A stretch of DNA of 64,000 nucleotides from Psilocybe cubensis. Lineage: Eukaryota. The stretch covers positions 3,410,001 to 3,474,000 of the forward strand of contig CM039001.1 of NCBI GenBank assembly GCA_017499595.2, read 5' to 3'. The notes beneath the pieces are model-generated. The model worked only from the letters and a program-made list of their open reading frames with translations. It had not been told where the DNA came from and made no database searches. Below are positions 59,278 through 64,000 of this stretch, one piece after another (the first letter of the stretch is position 1; each line of letters begins with the position of its first letter). A program made the translations under genes and the position numbers.

Positions 59278-60739
59278 CTAATCGGTATATGATCTTTCCC
59301 GAGAGTCAGGATCAGGACTGGAGGTTGCAATAGGGTGTGGTAAAGAAACATTATTTGTAGTGGAAAAAGTTTCGAAGGCGGAACTCGTTGCCTGAGATGA
59401 AGGGAAACCGCTCGATGTCAATATTGATCGGGAAATAGATGTGAGCTGATTAGGATCTGATGATGCACCCCTAGCATCCGTCAAAGAAGCCACCGTCACT
59501 GTATACGATGGTATAGTTGTAGGATAGTCAATGATCGACAGTCGATCTTCACGAGTAGCTGTGCCTGCATTGGTGTTTAACGGTATCTCTCTTGCCGGCC
59601 TTTGATTTGCAGGTAGGGTGTTCCCGACCCTGTACTTTCGATACACCATCATGAACACAATTTGTAAGTTCGTCACAAAGAGTGCCATCGCTTGCTGTTT
59701 CAACATTTATTAAACGGTGACACAGCTATAGGCAGTTCTGAATACTCAACATGTAGGTGTGTCGCCATTGTAAGAAGAATTTTCCCTTCGGAGCCAAGAC
59801 TAGGGAGAGTAAACCAGACGGCGCAAAAAATTGCCAAAGCCAGCATCGTTAAAACACTGCTAGCAAAGAGCACCAAAATGAGGATGCGGTCGCTTGGCTT
59901 TGAAAATTTAACCTTCCAAAACATCAGCAATGGCGCAACAACAAGGACGACATCCGCTGTGAGGTCCGCTGGATTAAAGATTAAATATTTGGTCAATTGA
60001 GTAGGTAACCTAACGTGCTGTTAACTCACAAACTATGGATATAGTAGCTGACACAAGCTGTCCATTGGACAACTTAATGCAGTGTTTGATATCAACTGTC
60101 CACCAATGGGAGCCCTGACACATAAATGTGCTGAGGAAGATGCTTAACAGGTATAATAGCAACAAGATGACAACAAATAAAAACGACCCCAGCCGGTAGC
60201 GGTGTCCCGGTAAGAAAATTCTGGCCACAGAGAGCGTCATGCTTATATGGGAGAACCTGTTGAAGATGTTTTGAATTTTGTAAGCCGAGCAGAATACTTT
60301 GAATTGAACAAGCCTACCATATGACAGTAAAGTATCTAAATGTGGTAAACCACGCGGAATACAGGAATCCCTCTGCCTCCGGCGGAGTGATATTTGAGAA
60401 GATTAGCATCCAGTCCCAAACATGTAGAATACACATGCCTTGGTTAGTATTTTGGATCCACAACATTATCATTGAGAATAAGTCAAAAACCCAAGGTATG
60501 CTGACGACGTAGTCATCCCACCAGATGCGGCTGATGCTCCATCGATGCCTTAATCTGATTAATGTCATAGTCAAAGACAGGCAATGAAAAAGTGTAATAG
60601 CGACTAAATAAATAAAATAAAAACAAATCAGCTTGATGTCAACCAAAACCAGCATGGAAAGGGAGAGCGTAAATCTATTAGGCACTTGAATTCGGTACGT
60701 ACTTCTCCATGCTTGTCGATTTTGATGAGGGAATGTCAT
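59278..60739 (-). CDS. PTH11-like 7-TM protein, copy E
   Basis: MTFPHQNRQAWR, RIWWDDY, DLTADVVLVVAPLLMFW, TNLQIVFMMVYRKYR. Confidence 0.8.
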
Positions 60740-62415
60740 TCGTTAAATGCGACTCAAGATAAGAATTTGAAAAGAGAGTTGTTGAGATTTCGGTACCTGA
60801 TGAGGATGAAGTTTGCTCTTTATATACAATTCTAACTATATAGCAAGATGGTGAATTCATTTTCTACCGGAGCTATTCACTTACGATAATTAATGATATA
60901 TGTTTGTAAGCCAATACTAGTGTATCTTGTGCCATCCTAGAACACGGGCACCTGCCAGACGACAGTTCCTGAGCAAGCGGGACTCGAAACGACTCTACAT
61001 CGTATCATTAAAAATTGAGTAGGCAGCGGAGACGGAGTTGGGTGACTACACGTTACCTTTTTATATTGTCCTGCTCAAAAAGAACAACCTACAAATTATA
61101 AGGTTCCTTGGATGTTAGGTGTTCAGTGTGATGCGATACTCGAAAGAAATGGTATTGTGATTGCGAGCCTCCAATATGCTCTACACCAGTCTATCTCTCA
61201 GTTTCAATTGTAAAAGGGCTCGTCCTGGAAATGTTAATGTAAGTAGATCATGGTTACGGATAGTCATAGCCAGCGCCTGCCTGTCATTAACTAATAAGAA
61301 AGGTTAATATATATAGACTCAATGTGAAGACGTACACACACCTGGAATTCAATGTGTGGAAGAACGTTTTTGAATTGGAACGTGAATGGCTGTTGGCAAC
61401 TATCAGGTTGCACACAAATTACACAACATCTCCGCCCAGCGGTCATGATAAAACCCATTGCTCGGTATGCACATAAGATTATGGTAAAGGGATAGAAATC
61501 ATGGTCTGTTTTTGGCAGTATTCGCAAAGCGGCTCGAGCGACTGTTACCAGACTCCGTAAGCAACAAGCGTGTGGCAGCAACAAAAAGGACAAAATAAAC
61601 AGAAGATAAGAATGCTGTCTCAAGAATTTGTATTTCAACACACCTTGGTAATATATTGGGTTGAACACGGGTATAAGAAATATGCGCTCAAGGCAGAGTA
61701 TGTTCAATGGAACATAGGTGGTCCCTTCAAATTTGTAGTAGATATTGACGTGAAGAGGAAGACTTACCCGCTAGTCAACACATTTTGTTGCTTTTAAGCG
61801 AGATCCCACAATTCCAAGACCCGTTCTCTGTGTCCGGCGCAGTCGGACGAAGAAAACTGAATGACAGCAAACGAGAGGCTATAAACACTTCATGGATATT
61901 GACGTAACGCTTAAATGTGGAGGTGGAGACTGGGATATGGAAACTCATGTGGGATTCAAAGCTCTAAAGCGGTGCCCTGAGAAGTCAAGATTGATTCAGC
62001 AAGTTCATGTTGAGTTCATGGCGCTGTTGGCTACTGAGCAACTACTGAGTTGGAATACGGTTGGAATTTAGGAAAACGAGCGGAGTTTTAACGGAGTTCA
62101 CAGGGCCCGGTATCCTCCGGTCAAGGCTTCACTAGAGTTGCGTTCAAGTTCGTGCAACTATCATGTACAAAGTCACGCATCCTGACAACTTCTACGCATA
62201 CAGAAAATAATAAAACACAAAGCATCAGGTATATTATCGTCTCAAATCCCCTAAGTTACATTTATCAAAAGCATTTACCAAGCTATGTACATAATAGTAT
62301 AGAAAAATAGAAAAGCAGCCCCGCCAAACAAACAGGAAACCTTACAACAAATAGACAAAATGTCCATCACCACTCACAGCAAATTCCACATAAATCACCC
62401 AATCTACACCCATTT

Positions 62416-64000
62416 CTAATAATCGACTTCTTCTAGAGATCGCATAGCTTCTTTATTCCGAATGGACGCGGCAATCTTTAGGCGGTCTCTATACCCCGCC
62501 CATATACTCAGGAGAATAGCGGTAAACGTCGCAGCGGTCGTTAAATAGATAGTCGAGACGTAACACTCCAGTCCTAACAAACACTGGGGAGCAGATGCAG
62601 TGACAGTGGCAATGGATGAGGGTGATTGCTTGGACCCATCGTGGGCGTCTAGATTGTGCCCGAACACAATGGAAAATATGTTGCCGGCAATCATAGGTGA
62701 TAATGATAGATATCCCCAGTTTTCAGAAAAGTGGGCTGTAAGCACAGAAGGCGTTTCGTCAATACGTGCCTTGAAATGTAATGAAAGGGGTTTGACTTAC
62801 GCATTCCAAACCATTCAAGACACACAGTGGGGAAGAGTGAAAACACGCTCCCATGTGCAAGCCCCAGCAAAGAGCTCGCAACCCACAGGTTCTCAATCTT
62901 ATCTTCCATAGAGGCCACAACTTGGGATATGAAGAAGAAAAACGAGACGAGCACCAGAGAATAAGACCGTGGCATTTCGTACTTGTTTTTCGCGAAATCA
63001 GACACCAAACCTATCGGATATCAGGCTGTGTGGAGCTAGTCGTCATACCGTCACATACCAATGAATATTCTCCCCAAGAAGTTCATGAGACTGATAGCAG
63101 AAACTTGGGTGGCCTGCCAACTTGAAGCTTCTATTTCATCGTATTTGGGATTCTGATGCGCATATAGCGCCTGGGACATGGAGCCGACGTTATTGATATC
63201 TATGTTTGCATTAGATGAATAATGTCAAATAGAGATATTCCAGACTTACACATGAGACCAGTCCCACTCACTTAACATTTACGCCTTGAGCTATGTGCAC
63301 AAAGAAATGAAGAATACGACTTACGAATTGATAGAATGCTGAAAAGTAGCCAAAAATCGCTACTGAGCCAAAGCTTAACGCCGTGCAAATTCGGCAGGGC
63401 GCCAACAGACATCGCAGCTCCCCTGCTCAAACTTCTATGTCTCGCCGAAGCAGCAAGCAAAGAGCTTACTTCTGGGGTGTGTTGGGAATCCAGTTCAACT
63501 TCTTCGTCGACACCAGACGCCTCATCTTCGTCCTCCTCTTGCAGACGACGAGCATAGCGCGTTTGGCGTGGTTCCACAAAGTCATGATCTAGCAGACGAG
63601 TCCGACTCGTCTGGCGAGTGGTAGACGACCGGCGGGGCACCTCCTCTACGCAATCTTCTACAATATCATACGCATCCTCAGAGGGTAGTGGAATGGGCCG
63701 AACAAGGAAGAAGCCCATTATCATAGGAACCGAGGTTCCTATTGCAAGAACAAATAGGAATGATGATGTGTTGCCCGCAAAAAATAGATTCGATAGACTC
63801 GAAAAGAAGAAGGCGGATAGACCAAAGCCAGAGATGACCAAACCCGTAGCTGAAGCTCGCTAAAAGAAGGATATGAATATAGACACTGCTTAATTTAGAA
63901 CGCTATCCTTACCGCTCTGTCAGGAAATGTCTTCGCAGTCGTATTCACAGAGCTGACTAAACCTCCATTCCCTCCTGTCCCTGTCATATAGCTGAACAGC
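62416..64000 (-). CDS. MFS transporter, MCH1/nodulin-like, 3' part (starts right of the window)
   Basis: AKTFPDRARASATGLVISGFGLSAFFFS, GLMYINNVGS, NFLGRIFIGLVSD and FPTVCLEWFG...SENWGYLSLSP. Confidence 0.85.

Noticed and set aside
61290-62160. Short ORFs and a small inverted repeat AGTTGC...GCAACT suggesting a gene or hAT remnant
   Set aside because: Too short and degenerate to support a call.
2700-62400. Search for CAAX pheromone precursors or STE3 receptors that would explain the ICMT array (e.g. ORF 56458-56679 ending CSIK)
   Set aside because: No convincing short precursor was found by eye, and the 7-TM genes are PTH11-like rather than STE3. A systematic small-ORF scan is still needed.

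Overview
Intron-rich fungal genomic DNA that looks like an agaric basidiomycete (inferred from short GT-AG introns and gene content). From left to right: the 5' part of RFC1; four tandem ICMT/Ste14-family methyltransferase genes, with a fifth copy at ~26 kb; a hypothetical protein ending in MEDVD; an epoxide-hydrolase-like gene with a signal peptide and GDEL end; two PTH11-like 7-TM genes, with three more at 54.7-60.7 kb; a GH85 ENGase; and an S10 serine carboxypeptidase. A microsatellite-saturated block (~24-40 kb) holds PDX2/SNO, an HRP1-like RRM gene, a 796-bp pogo/Tc1-mariner deletion derivative and a two-TM hypothetical gene. Next is a large gene fusing a nucleotidyltransferase-like N-terminus to ankyrin repeats. 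It is interrupted inside an exon by an intact 8,086-bp Ty3/Gypsy element with identical LTRs. The window ends in an MCH1-like MFS transporter. The best candidates for something undescribed are the NTase-ankyrin protein, the interleaved 5+5 ICMT-like and PTH11-like arrays, and the hexamer-repeat domain. Exon boundaries were read by eye, and all family calls come from motif recognition, not database searches.
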